DNA of 64,000 nucleotides from an uncultured bacterium. Its GTDB lineage: Bacteria; Patescibacteriota; JACMRA01. The DNA is taken from positions 160,001-224,000 of the forward strand of contig OY969926.1 of the NCBI GenBank assembly GCA_963704645.1, in the 5' to 3' direction. The position numbers and the translations under genes were made by a program. Below the pieces are notes generated by a model that saw only the letters and a program-made list of their open reading frames with translations, made no database searches and was not told the origin of the DNA. The first letter of the stretch is position 1. The number at the start of each line of letters is the position of its first letter. Shown one piece after another: positions 1 to 9,728 of the stretch.

Positions 1-364
1 TTGTTGGAGTGTATTTCTTACCTACTTCAATTCCTTTACTATTTAAGATGTACTTTTTAACACCTGATTTTAAATCTGATACTAAACTAATAAAAGCAGT
101 TCTTGTTGGATCGTATTCTACAGTTAAAACTTTAAATCCTTCTGGGAAGTTTCTTTTGAAATCTACTTCTCTTACTAATTTACTTGCTCCACCACCTTGG
201 TGTCTTACAGTAATTTTACCACTAGCATTTCTTCCAGCAGCTCTAGTTTTACGAACTAAAAGTTTTTTGAAGGGTTTATCTGTTGTAAGAAACTCCTTAT
301 AGTTAATTACAGAAGTTTTTCTTCTGGCATTTGTTGTTGGTTTATATAATTTAATGGAAGCCAT
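1..364 (-). CDS. rplB: 50S ribosomal protein L2 (5' part, runs off window start)
   Basis: Manual translation from ATG at 364: MASIKLYKPTTNARRKTSV...AAGRNASGKITVRHQGGG...VEYDPTRTAFISL, the uL2 signature; not in ORF track because truncated. Confidence 0.95.
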   Translation of the reverse strand, partial: MASIKLYKPTTNARRKTSVINYKEFLTTDKPFKKLLVRKTRAAGRNASGKITVRHQGGGASKLVREVDFKRNFPEGFKVLTVEYDPTRTAFISLVSDLKSGVKKYILNSKGIEVGKKYTPT

Positions 365-372
365 ATTAATTC

Positions 373-642
373 TTATTTTGCTTTCTTACCACCATGGCCT
401 TTAAAAATTGTTGTTGGAGAAAATTCACCTAATTTGTGGCCAACCATATCTTCTGTTACAAAAACATCTATAAATTTCTTACCATTGTGCACACCAAAAG
501 TTACACCTACAAAATCAGGTAAAATTGTGCTGGAACGATACCAAGTTTTTAAAGTGGTTTTGTTTCCATCAGCTTTAAGTTTGGTAACTTTGCTTATTAG
601 TTTTAGATCGCAATATGGACCTTTTTTTAATGAACGTGACAT
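373..642 (-). CDS. rpsS: 30S ribosomal protein S19
   Basis: [10 protein letters not shown]...[15 protein letters not shown]...VHNGKKF...[12 protein letters not shown]. Confidence 0.98.
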   Translation of the reverse strand: MSRSLKKGPYCDLKLISKVTKLKADGNKTTLKTWYRSSTILPDFVGVTFGVHNGKKFIDVFVTEDMVGHKLGEFSPTTIFKGHGGKKAK

Positions 643-645
643 ATT

Positions 646-936
646 CTATATTTCAATTGGTTTATCATTACTTAATGTTTGTCCAAGTTTTAATTTTACT
701 AAATACTTTTTAGGACGAATTTGTTTAACAGTGTTTCCTCTTCTTCCTCTTACTTTTAACTTAGCGTAAGGGTTAACTACACCAATATTAACAACGTCTA
801 ATTGATTCTTTTTTAAGATATTAGATAAAGTAATTTTATTTGGCTTGTACTTTGCATCGTCAAAAGATATTGTAAAAATACCTTGCTGTTGCAAAAGATA
901 GGCTTTTTCAGTTTCGTGAACTATAATTTTTGGCAT
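646..936 (-). CDS. rplW: 50S ribosomal protein L23 (divergent)
   Basis: Follows rplD; TEKA...NK...V..VN...KK..VKL..GQ pattern. Confidence 0.85.
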   Translation of the reverse strand: MPKIIVHETEKAYLLQQQGIFTISFDDAKYKPNKITLSNILKKNQLDVVNIGVVNPYAKLKVRGRRGNTVKQIRPKKYLVKLKLGQTLSNDKPIEI

Positions 937-948
937 ATTTATAATATT

Positions 949-1575
949 CTATATTTGGTTAAGCTTAGATTCTAAAACTTCTCTAGCAGCTTTTGTTAGA
1001 ACCAAGTTTTCCTTGTTAGCTAGTTTAAAGATTTTTAAATTGGTTACATTCATTAAAAATACATCTGTATTTCCAAAGCCTTTTAAAGTGTCTTTTTCTG
1101 CAGTTGTATAAGAAAGTATAGATTTCCTTTCAATTATCCCATTAGTTTCTAATAATTGAATTGCAGACTTTGTTTTTACTAAATCTAGTCCATCTTCTAA
1201 TTGATAAACTTTCTGGTCTACTAATCTGTCTTTAAGAATAGATTTAAGGGCAGCAACTCTGGCAGATTTGTTAATTTTTCTGTTCCAGTTTCTATCTGAT
1301 CTAGGACCAAAGGCTACACCACCACCAACCCAAATAGGTGAACGAGTTGAACCATGTCTAGCTCTTCCTGTTCCTTTTTGTTTCCATGGTTTTCTACCTC
1401 CGCCTCTAACTTCAGCTCTAGTTTTTGTGTGAGCGTTTCCAGCCCTTTGGTTTAACAATTCGCTTCTAATAACTTCAGCTAGCAATTTTGTTCTAACTTC
1501 GTATTCGGAAAGAAATTCAAAAGCAACTTCTTGTTTGGCTTTTTTATCTGATAAGATTGTAATTTGTAGAGACAT
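949..1575 (-). CDS. rplD: 50S ribosomal protein L4
   Basis: HTKTRAEVRGGGRKPWKQKGTGRARHGSTRSPIWVGGGVAFGP. Confidence 0.98.
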   Translation of the reverse strand: MSLQITILSDKKAKQEVAFEFLSEYEVRTKLLAEVIRSELLNQRAGNAHTKTRAEVRGGGRKPWKQKGTGRARHGSTRSPIWVGGGVAFGPRSDRNWNRKINKSARVAALKSILKDRLVDQKVYQLEDGLDLVKTKSAIQLLETNGIIERKSILSYTTAEKDTLKGFGNTDVFLMNVTNLKIFKLANKENLVLTKAAREVLESKLNQI

Positions 1576-1583
1576 GTTTCTAT

Positions 1584-2183
1584 TTATTTCTTAATAACTT
1601 TTAAAATTCCTCCGTTTGGACCAGGTAAAGAACCTTTAATGAATAATAGGTTTTGTTCTAAATCTATTGCTAAAATTTTAGCTTCTCTTATTGTTTGATT
1701 TGCATTTCCGCTGTGACCAGCCATTTTTTTACCAATAACAGTTCTTTGTGGCCATCTCATACCAATAGAACCAGGAGCTCTAACGTGATCATGTCCGTGG
1801 GATGCAGGTTGTCCGTGGAAGCCCCATCTTTTAACAACACCTGTAAAACCTTTTCCAATTGTTAATCCTGTAATATCAATTTTATCGTTTACTACAAAAG
1901 CCTCAATGTTTAAATCGGTTGTTTCAGAGTCAATTTTAACTTTGAACTCTGCTACATGTTGAAAATCTGTTTCATCTTGGTGAAACTTTTGTACATGACC
2001 AGATCTTGCTTTAGTTGTTCTCTTTTTTGGGAAAGAAGCAATTTGAACAGCATCGTAACCATCTTTAACAGATTCTTTTCTTTGTAGAATAAACTGCTTA
2101 TTAAACTCTATAGCAGTTACAGGAAGAGCTCTGCCTTCCACAAAAATTCTTGTCATTCCTAATTTTTTCGCAAAACCGTACAT
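1584..2183 (-). CDS. rplC: 50S ribosomal protein L3
   Basis: KLGMT...DGYDAVQ...GKGFTGVVKRWGF...PGSIG...KMAGHSG...GSLPG. Confidence 0.98.
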   Translation of the reverse strand: MYGFAKKLGMTRIFVEGRALPVTAIEFNKQFILQRKESVKDGYDAVQIASFPKKRTTKARSGHVQKFHQDETDFQHVAEFKVKIDSETTDLNIEAFVVNDKIDITGLTIGKGFTGVVKRWGFHGQPASHGHDHVRAPGSIGMRWPQRTVIGKKMAGHSGNANQTIREAKILAIDLEQNLLFIKGSLPGPNGGILKVIKK

Positions 2184-2214
2184 ATATCTTATATTTTCTT
2201 GTATTTCTTAATAA

Positions 2215-2526
2215 TTAAATTGTTTCAATGTTTATCTCTACACCGGCTGGCAAAGAAAGAGTAGATAAATTATTTACTACTTCACTGCTAACGTCGTTAA
2301 TATCAATTAATCTTTTATGAACTCTAGATTCTAGTTTATCTTTAGATTTTTTGAAAACGAAAGTAGCACGGTTAATAGTGATAATTTTCTTTCTTGTTTT
2401 AAGTGGCACAGGGCCAATAACTTTAGCTCCTGACTTAATAATAACTTGGACTAGCTTTTTTATAGCTTCTTCAAGTACTTTATGGTCAAAAGAATAAACT
2501 CTAACTCTCATTTTGGTTCCAGACAT
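2215..2526 (-). CDS. rpsJ: 30S ribosomal protein S10
   Basis: SFDHKVL...GPVPL...HKRLIDI...LPAGVEI. Confidence 0.95.
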   Translation of the reverse strand: MSGTKMRVRVYSFDHKVLEEAIKKLVQVIIKSGAKVIGPVPLKTRKKIITINRATFVFKKSKDKLESRVHKRLIDINDVSSEVVNNLSTLSLPAGVEINIETI

Positions 2527-2648
2527 ATTGGTTAATAGGTAGCAGTATTAATAAGTAAAAGAGGAAACATAGTTTGTCAAGCACACACAACTTAAAGACA
2601 TTTTAAGGGGAGAATATTTAATTACTTTATATCGTTTTTAATCTATAA

Positions 2649-3512
2649 TTATACTCTAACTATTTTATTTATACTGGCTGGAATATTGGCTTGGATTTTA
2701 GACAAATTAGAAATAAAGTTTCTGCAAATTGTTTCAGGCGTAGCTAAAGAACCTAAGCAAAGCCTATTCATAGCTGTTTGCTCCAAGTTCAACTTTGGAT
2801 AATCTTCCTTAACAATAAATTGGGTTGGGTTATTTATATTCAAGTATTTATAGGCAGAAATAATTGGCCCTATTAAGCTAGAATAATCTAAAACGGTGAA
2901 GCTAATATTTTTTGGTAGTAGACTTTCTAAAATTTTTAAATCTGGGTTCTTAGATTTCAAACTGTAGACTTTTACTTCATCTTTAGTAATGTATATTTCT
3001 AAGGGCCAACCTGTTCTTAACAAACCTTCATGTGACTGATAAATTGATAAGTTCGATGTTTCTGTAAATTCCAAATCATTTATCCTTGTTACTGGAAAAG
3101 AGTTTTTATGAATTAAATAATAATCATCCACCTCTTCAAAATTATTGTCGTCACTAGAAAAAATAGATTTAGGAAAATGCATCCAGCCTAAATTACTATC
3201 TACGTTAAAATGAAACAAATTAGGCCCAGGAGAAAATAATTTAACCAGATTTTTAGCCCATGAAGGCAAGACTGATTCTGTTAAATACTTATCTAAATTA
3301 CTATGAATTTTAATTAATTCTTTAATTTCTGGGAATGTTTTGTTTGAAGATTCATTATCTTCTAAATTTTTAGAAAATGCCAAGCTTTCAGTAATAACAA
3401 CCTGATTGTTTATGCTTTTTTTAGTTTTTGTTTCTTTGAGATCTAGGGTTTTTAAAAATTGCATACTTTTTTGTGATGGCATATAGTAAGCATAAAAAAA
3501 TTCTTTTGACAA
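2649..3512 (-). CDS. Hypothetical protein, possibly degenerate Sua5/TsaC2-like
   Basis: LVKLFSPGP resembles the YrdC FWPGPLT motif and LGSLATPETICRNFISNLSKI resembles the Sua5 C-terminal domain; catalytic motifs not seen; start uncertain. Confidence 0.4.
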   Translation of the reverse strand: MSKEFFYAYYMPSQKSMQFLKTLDLKETKTKKSINNQVVITESLAFSKNLEDNESSNKTFPEIKELIKIHSNLDKYLTESVLPSWAKNLVKLFSPGPNLFHFNVDSNLGWMHFPKSIFSSDDNNFEEVDDYYLIHKNSFPVTRINDLEFTETSNLSIYQSHEGLLRTGWPLEIYITKDEVKVYSLKSKNPDLKILESLLPKNISFTVLDYSSLIGPIISAYKYLNINNPTQFIVKEDYPKLNLEQTAMNRLCLGSLATPETICRNFISNLSKIQANIPASINKIVRV

Positions 3513-3580
3513 GAAGAAATAAAAAGCCCTTGTTACAAACTACAAACTGTAATTGCCGCACTTAAATAGTGTCTTTTGAT

Positions 3581-4432
3581 ATGAATCTACTATTTACCAG
3601 TACACTTATAATTATTTTAGCTATCATGGGGATAGTTTTAATTATAAATTATTTAATAATTTCTTGGGAAAGCCAAAAAGTTGATGCTTTAGCAAGCCAA
3701 ATTAAACATTCAAGCTACGAAGAAAATTCCATTCTATATAAAAGCGATGTTAGTAGAGAATTTACCAGTTTAGATTTAATTAAAGTTAGTAAGGCCGGCA
3801 TAAATAAAGCAACTAACATATATGATAAAACATTGGTTAAAATTACCAGCCAAGAATACCCAAACTGGATTAACAGAGTGGTAGAGGAATTAACTAAACT
3901 TCGCCAAAACTTTATTAAAACTGTCAGAGGCTGGATAAAATACATAGTTTCATTAAGCAAACCAGCTGTTGAAGAAACCAAACACGATAAAGTTAATGCT
4001 TTCAGGGAAAAAATAAAAATGGAGGAAATAGAAGATTTTGTAGATAAAGTTGTTGATAATAATTTATCTCAGGCTAACTCTTTAACAGTTTTAGAAGACC
4101 AAAGCTTATCTAAATTAGATGAAAAAATGGATGTAGCCGATAATTCCACTTTAGAAAATAAAACTGCAACACTAAACCTTGCTTCCAACCCAAACAGAGC
4201 TGCCCAGGCTGGAGAAGGTGCTGGAATTTTTGAAAAACTAGAAAATAGAATTTTGCAGAAAATGAAAGATGTAGGCTTAGGAAATTATGATTTATGGTTA
4301 GAACTAGGACAACTATATTTAAAATACGGAGAGAAAGAAAAAGCAGTTGAGGTTTTTGCATTAGTTTTAAAACACACTCAGGATGAAGGTCAAAAAGATT
4401 TAGCCAGAAACCAATTAATAGGACTTAACTAA
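3581..4432 (+). CDS. Membrane-anchored protein with C-terminal TPR
   Basis: N-terminal TM; WLELGQLYLKYGEKEKAVEVFALVL TPR-like motif; ORF track starts at GTG 3569. Confidence 0.7.
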   Translation: MNLLFTSTLIIILAIMGIVLIINYLIISWESQKVDALASQIKHSSYEENSILYKSDVSREFTSLDLIKVSKAGINKATNIYDKTLVKITSQEYPNWINRVVEELTKLRQNFIKTVRGWIKYIVSLSKPAVEETKHDKVNAFREKIKMEEIEDFVDKVVDNNLSQANSLTVLEDQSLSKLDEKMDVADNSTLENKTATLNLASNPNRAAQAGEGAGIFEKLENRILQKMKDVGLGNYDLWLELGQLYLKYGEKEKAVEVFALVLKHTQDEGQKDLARNQLIGLN

Positions 4433-4433
4433 T

Positions 4434-5012
4434 ATGATAGCTTTTATTTCTGGGAAAGTAATTCACAGGCAAATAGATTCTGTAGTAATTAAAACTACTT
4501 CAGGACTTGGTTATATAGTGCAGGTTTCACCTAATTCAAACATTTTGCTAAACGAAACATTAGAGCTTTATATTTACCATTCAATAAACCGAGAAGGAGA
4601 GCAAAACTTATTTGGATTCGACAGTTTTAGCTTACGTGATTGGATGATAAAGCTATTACAAGTTCCAGGAGTTGGCCCAAAAATGGCAGCCACTATAGTA
4701 TTTAATTTAGGCGAAAGAATTGGCCAAATTTTGCAACTAGGAGATTTAGACCAATTGCAAGAAATTAAAGGTCTAGGAACTAAAACAGCCAAGAAAATTT
4801 TATTAGAATTCCAAGGAAAGAATTTTGATTTGAACAGCGCTTTAAATAACAGCCCATTTGCCCTACAGTTTTCCGACGGTTTAAAAAACTTAGGATACAA
4901 ACAAAACGAAATTGTAACCAGTATTACCCAATTAAAAACCCTAGAAAAATGGGACGAAGAAAATTTAGGCGAAACGTTAAGGTGGGGGTTGAAGTTGTTG
5001 TCTAAGAAGTAG
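4434..5012 (+). CDS. ruvA: Holliday junction branch migration protein RuvA
   Basis: MIAFISG...GLGY...LFGF...VPGVGPKMA...IKGLGTKTAKKILLE...LGY. Confidence 0.95.
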   Translation: MIAFISGKVIHRQIDSVVIKTTSGLGYIVQVSPNSNILLNETLELYIYHSINREGEQNLFGFDSFSLRDWMIKLLQVPGVGPKMAATIVFNLGERIGQILQLGDLDQLQEIKGLGTKTAKKILLEFQGKNFDLNSALNNSPFALQFSDGLKNLGYKQNEIVTSITQLKTLEKWDEENLGETLRWGLKLLSKK

Positions 5013-5015
5013 AAT

Positions 5016-5038
5016 GTAGGGGCGATCCCCGCGTCGCC
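5016..5038 (+). repeat. REP-like GTAG-hairpin element, copy 1
   Basis: GTAGG-GGCGA-TCCCCGCG-TCGCC, 3 nt after the ruvA stop; the first 11 nt are identical to the copy at 42935. Confidence 0.55.
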
Positions 5039-5125
5039 ATTTAGACTTTTGAATTGAAACTATATTGTTACCGTCGAAGCTTGGAATTAATATACAAACA
5101 GTATAAAGTAGAAAATAATTTACAA

Positions 5126-5668
5126 CTAGTTATACTCCTCTAGTTTTTCTAAACTAGATACCCTACCCCTACCATACGGTGCGTAAAATTCAACTTTATT
5201 TCCGTGCTCGTCTTTACTTTCCCAATTAATCCACAAATCTTTTTTGTCATGGTTTAAAGAAAGCCTTTCCATATAATCTTTTAAGCTTATATCATGAGTT
5301 TTTAAATTTTCACTAATACTTTGGATAATTGTTTTTGTTGCCATGTTAACAGCTTGTATTATGGCGTTATACAACTCAGCAGGATTTTCTTGATTGCTTT
5401 GTTCTTTTAAGAAGTCTGGGTCTATTTCTATTTGATGAATTAAAAAGTTGAAATCCATTGCAACTAAGACTTTAACTTTATCTGCAAAACCAAGAATTAC
5501 AGGGCTAGTCTCTTCTAGTAATAATTGTTTAAGTTTTAACTGATTGTCCCACCTACCTTCAGCCTTCAGTTTATCTATTTCTGAGTCTAAAAATAGTAAA
5601 CCAACTACATAGTCTTGATAACGGTTGTTTATAATGTATCTTCCAAAAGATCTAAAAAAAGTTTGCAT
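5126..5668 (-). CDS. Hypothetical protein (paralog of 5728..6255; YbaB/EbfC-like central segment)
   Basis: Shares MD[FY]NF.I.Q and W..WE..DE..NK.EFYAP with its neighbour; IEIDPDFL...LYNAIIQAVNMA resembles YbaB. Confidence 0.6.
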   Translation of the reverse strand: MQTFFRSFGRYIINNRYQDYVVGLLFLDSEIDKLKAEGRWDNQLKLKQLLLEETSPVILGFADKVKVLVAMDFNFLIHQIEIDPDFLKEQSNQENPAELYNAIIQAVNMATKTIIQSISENLKTHDISLKDYMERLSLNHDKKDLWINWESKDEHGNKVEFYAPYGRGRVSSLEKLEEYN

Positions 5669-5727
5669 ATTCCTGAATTTATTATTTTGATTTAATTTTT
5701 TGTACTGAAATGAGTTTATAATTTTAT

Positions 5728-6255
5728 TTAAGCAGCAAGCGTTGTAACTTCAATATTATAATTTGGAGCGTAAAATTCTATTTTATTTTGGTTTTCATCC
5801 AAAGCTTCCCAATACAACCAAGTTTTACTTTTGTCAGTTTTTTTGGCAATTTTATTAATAAATTCTGCCATACTAATTTCGTTCGTTTGCAGCTCTTTCT
5901 GAATAGACAGTATAGTTTGGTTTATTGCAGTTTTAATTGCTAACTTTTGCTCTTCAGTTTCAACAGTCCAACCTCCTGGTTTATAATCTGGTTGAAAATA
6001 TTTACTATCTAACTGTGTTTGGTAAATCATAAAGTTATAATCCATCATAATGGTTATTCTGATTTCCGATAAAAACCTTTTAATGTTTTGATTTGATGCA
6101 GAAACAAATAAGTTATACAAATAACTTTCTCGCTTGGTATAAGCACCGTCGTCTATTTCATTAATTTCTTTATCAAAAATTGCTAAAATAATTGAATACC
6201 GATCTTCTTTTTCATCAACTAGGTGGGTGTTAACATTTCTAAACAGACAGTACAT
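5728..6255 (-). CDS. Hypothetical protein (paralog of 5126..5668)
   Basis: 175-aa ORF, visibly aligned with the downstream gene. Confidence 0.6.
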   Translation of the reverse strand: MYCLFRNVNTHLVDEKEDRYSIILAIFDKEINEIDDGAYTKRESYLYNLFVSASNQNIKRFLSEIRITIMMDYNFMIYQTQLDSKYFQPDYKPGGWTVETEEQKLAIKTAINQTILSIQKELQTNEISMAEFINKIAKKTDKSKTWLYWEALDENQNKIEFYAPNYNIEVTTLAA

Positions 6256-6281
6256 AATCAGTCTTATAAGTTAACTTTTTC

Positions 6282-6295
6282 TTGACATTTGTCAA
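6282..6295. promoter_or_regulatory. Inverted TTGACA pair (-35 boxes on both strands or operator)
   Basis: TTGACATTTGTCAA between the divergent genes 5728..6255 and 6391..6720. Confidence 0.45.
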
Positions 6296-6390
6296 AATAA
6301 AATGCCAATATATATATCATACTATTTTATATGTGTTTAGTTAATTCTAAATTGCATTAAGTTAGTTACTAAAACCGATTTTTGGAGGAA

Positions 6391-6720
6391 ATGACGATGC
6401 CCTGGGATAAATTTTGGAGTAAAGGAGATCATGTTGATTCTAAAGTTGGCATTGATCTGAGCAATGGGGACATGACGACATTAACGAGAGGTGTGGAACA
6501 TCGTGGAAACAAAGATGATTACCCTCACATGAGTTTCACCGTTGATATCCATGGTCAAGTCACCAATGCCCACTATTCAAACTCTAAACATGCTTCTGAT
6601 AGAGTGGGAACTGATTCTCAAGAATGGAGAAAACCAGAATATGATTCTAACCACAATACTGATTATTCTGGACATGAAACAGACTATGGTGCAAGTAAAG
6701 GGTTGGGTGATAAATATTAA
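6391..6720 (+). CDS. Small His/Asp-rich hypothetical protein
   Basis: GGAGG at 6384-6388 before ATGs at 6391/6397; followed by a terminator. Confidence 0.65.
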   Translation: MTMPWDKFWSKGDHVDSKVGIDLSNGDMTTLTRGVEHRGNKDDYPHMSFTVDIHGQVTNAHYSNSKHASDRVGTDSQEWRKPEYDSNHNTDYSGHETDYGASKGLGDKY

Positions 6721-6785
6721 AAGTACATATCACTGAGTCTTTTAGGTTTCCAATATCCAACAAAAGTAGCAAGTCTACAATTTCT

Positions 6786-6813
6786 GCCTAAGCTTTAAGT
6801 TTAGGCTTTTTTT
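6786..6813 (+). terminator. Intrinsic terminator
   Basis: GCCTAAGCT-TTA-AGTTTAGGC followed by T7. Confidence 0.75.
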
Positions 6814-6921
6814 ATTTCACAATTTTAGTTTACGTGCTTTTTATTAAATCTAAAATTCCCCCCCCACAAAAAATCCCCCATAATCTTGACAAAGCAAACC
6901 CTGCTGGCTAATTACTTTAAC

Positions 6922-8895
6922 ATGAAACCAGATAACAACAAAGACAACCTAAACAGAAAAGTTATTATTAATTTAGTCTACCTTTTTTCAATTATTATTT
7001 TAATTGTGGTTACCGTTCTTTTTTCACAAAACCTTGAACAAACATCTAAACCAAAAGCAACTTTTACCGATTTAGTAAGTTTGATTAGAGACAACAAAGT
7101 TAGTGAGATTAAGCTAACTGAGAATAAACAAAGTTTGAATGCCAAAGTTTATAACACTGATAAAAGGGAAAGAAGTGATGTTACTGAAAATGTTTACCCA
7201 AATATTAGCCAAGATAAAAGCAAAACCGTAATAGAAAATTTGCAGGCATCTTTGGGCGATAAAAAACTGGAAGTTGGTAATGGTGAAAATCAAATAATTT
7301 ATTCTGAAGAGCCAAAATCTTGGTACAACCAGTTAGCTGACAGCGGATTATTTCAAAACCTCTTATTTATAGCCATAATTTTGGGAGGTGGAGCTTTTTT
7401 ACTAAAAAGAATTAGTGAAGCAAACAATAAAACAATATCTTTTGGTAATTCTAAAGCCAAACAATACGATGAAGAAAGTGCCAACAAAGTTACCTTTGTG
7501 GATGTAGCTGGAAATGAAGAGGCCAAACAAGAGCTAAATGAAGTGGTGGATTTCTTAAAAAGACCAGAAGAGTATTTAAAAATGGGTGCTAAAATTCCTA
7601 AGGGTGTTTTATTAGTTGGAACACCTGGAAACGGTAAAACTTTAATGGCTAAAGCTATAGCTGGTGAAGCTGGCGTACCTTTCTTATTTGTATCTGGCTC
7701 TGAATTTGTGGAAATGTTTGTAGGTGTAGGAGCAGGAAGAGTTAGAGATTTATTTAAGAAAGCTAAGAAAAAGGCACCTTGTGTAATATTTATTGATGAA
7801 ATTGATGCAGTTGGAAGACAGCGCGGAGCTGGAATGGGAGGAGGAAATGACGAAAGAGAGCAAACTTTAAACCAAATTTTGGTGGAGCTAGACGGGTTTG
7901 AACCAACTTCCGCAGTAATTGTAATTGGAGCAACCAACAGACCAGATGTGTTAGATCCTGCTTTATTAAGACCAGGAAGATTTGATAGGCAAGTTACAGT
8001 TACTTCCCCAGATAGGAAAGAGAGAGAGCAAATTTTAACTCTTCACGCCAGAAATAAAAAGTTGGCCAAAGATGCAGATTTGTCTATTGTAGCTAAAAGA
8101 ACTGCTGGTTTTTCAGGAGCTGATTTATTTAATGTTTTAAACGAAGCAGCTATTCTTACTGTTAGAGAAAAGAAGTCTGAGATTGATAATTTAATTTTAA
8201 GAGAAGCAGTGGAAAAGGTTTTGTTAGGACCTTCATTAAAAAGTAAAGTAATTACTGATGAGCAGAAAAGATTAACTGCTTACCACGAAGGTGGGCACGC
8301 TTTGGTTGCTACAGTTTTACCAAAGTCACGTAAAGTACAAAAAGTTACTATTATTCCAAGAGGAAGAGCCGCAGGTTATACATTTTCTGATGATGGAGAA
8401 ACTGACCCAATTACAAGAAGCAAGTCTCAGTTTATTGCAGATATAGCACATTTATTTGGAGGATATTGCGCTGAAGAAATTGTGTTTGGCGAAACCAGCA
8501 CTGGTGCTTCCAACGATTTAGCTAGAGCTACAGAAATAGCTAGAAATATGGTAACAAGATACGGTATGAGTGACGGAATTGGGCCAATAGTGTTTCAAGA
8601 AGAAAAAGGAAATGGCTTTTTGGGCAAAGATGTTGAGAATAAACTATACAGCCAAGATGCAGCTAGAATAATAGATCAAGAAGTAAGTAAAATTGTATTG
8701 GAAGGATACAGAGTTTGTAGAAGTATATTAATTCAATATCAAGACAAATTAAAACTAATTGCCGATGCTTTAGTTGAAAAAGAAGTTCTAGAATTTGAAG
8801 ACTTTAACGAACTAACAAAAGATGTAATGGACGCTGGTTATAAACTACTTCCTTTACCAGAAAACAAATCTAATACTATTCTTATTAGAAATTAA
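6922..8895 (+). CDS. ftsH: ATP-dependent zinc metalloprotease FtsH
   Basis: Two TMs, Walker A GTPGNGKT, IFIDEID, ATNRPDVLDPALLRPGRFDR, HEGGH; the ORF-track TTG at 6886 is the TTGACA box, so ATG 6922 is preferred. Confidence 0.98.
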   Translation: MKPDNNKDNLNRKVIINLVYLFSIIILIVVTVLFSQNLEQTSKPKATFTDLVSLIRDNKVSEIKLTENKQSLNAKVYNTDKRERSDVTENVYPNISQDKSKTVIENLQASLGDKKLEVGNGENQIIYSEEPKSWYNQLADSGLFQNLLFIAIILGGGAFLLKRISEANNKTISFGNSKAKQYDEESANKVTFVDVAGNEEAKQELNEVVDFLKRPEEYLKMGAKIPKGVLLVGTPGNGKTLMAKAIAGEAGVPFLFVSGSEFVEMFVGVGAGRVRDLFKKAKKKAPCVIFIDEIDAVGRQRGAGMGGGNDEREQTLNQILVELDGFEPTSAVIVIGATNRPDVLDPALLRPGRFDRQVTVTSPDRKEREQILTLHARNKKLAKDADLSIVAKRTAGFSGADLFNVLNEAAILTVREKKSEIDNLILREAVEKVLLGPSLKSKVITDEQKRLTAYHEGGHALVATVLPKSRKVQKVTIIPRGRAAGYTFSDDGETDPITRSKSQFIADIAHLFGGYCAEEIVFGETSTGASNDLARATEIARNMVTRYGMSDGIGPIVFQEEKGNGFLGKDVENKLYSQDAARIIDQEVSKIVLEGYRVCRSILIQYQDKLKLIADALVEKEVLEFEDFNELTKDVMDAGYKLLPLPENKSNTILIRN

Positions 8896-8902
8896 ATAGT
8901 TT

Positions 8903-9499
8903 ATGAAACTGAAAACAATATGGTATTTTCTATCTGTTTTGGCAGTTTTGGCGCTAATTTTTTACGCTGGGTTTTTGTTTGGTAACCGGGAACAAGTAGA
9001 CAAGTCTGCTGATGAAATTAACATTATTGCCCCAAACCAAGCCAAATCTAATCAGCTTTCCGAAATACAAATTAAAGACATTGTAGGCTCTGAAAACTCT
9101 AAAGATATTCGTACTTTTGGTAAACTATACTATATAGTAAACGAAAACACAACAGATTTATTATTCAGAATTGAAGATGCCCCAATTAAAGTTGGTCAGT
9201 TACAAAACAAAGCTCAAATTACTCTACCTAAACAACTAAGTATTTCACTTGCTAGAAAGAATAGTAATGGCCTAGATTACGAATACAAAGAAATAGGAAC
9301 TATTAATTTTAATGAGCCTTTCAAAGACAGACAAAAAGCCGAGTTTTCTAGCTACACAGAAGAGGTTCTGCTTAATTGGGAAAGAATAGTTTTTAGAAGC
9401 ACAGACCCAAACGTTAAAAATTTGTATTTAGACACTGACGCCGACCTTCCCAAAAACATTAGAAACCAGCCAGCTCCTTTTTTTTGGATAGTGCTTTAG
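8903..9499 (+). CDS. Membrane-anchored hypothetical protein
   Basis: 198-aa ORF 7 nt after ftsH, N-terminal TM. Confidence 0.7.
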   Translation: MKLKTIWYFLSVLAVLALIFYAGFLFGNREQVDKSADEINIIAPNQAKSNQLSEIQIKDIVGSENSKDIRTFGKLYYIVNENTTDLLFRIEDAPIKVGQLQNKAQITLPKQLSISLARKNSNGLDYEYKEIGTINFNEPFKDRQKAEFSSYTEEVLLNWERIVFRSTDPNVKNLYLDTDADLPKNIRNQPAPFFWIVL

Positions 9500-9728
9500 G
9501 TTTAGCTCTCTTTAGGATGCTAGTTTTTACATATCCATAGTGGTGTAAACTTTGTGAAATTTTATCTCCCCTCTATAGTTAGATTGTAGACTCTACTGTA
9601 AAATTCGGAAACAAATTATTAAAATTAAGATCTAAATATTCTAAAAATACATAAACCTAATTTACTTTTAGGCCATTTTGGAGTGGACTGTGAATAAATG
9701 ATGTAGAATACTTGATATGTTTAGTATT

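Noticed and set aside
9-302. 97-aa plus-strand ORF, and similar antisense ORFs (434..769, 7353..7937, 40334..41896, 49250..49681, 63675..63965, those inside rhs and ileS)
   Set aside because: Shadows on the opposite strand or an alternate frame of clearly identified genes
6886-6921. ORF-track TTG starts of ftsH (6886), the SanA-like gene (22227) and the large Ig-like protein (33737)
   Set aside because: Each TTG is the first triplet of a -35 hexamer; downstream ATGs fit better
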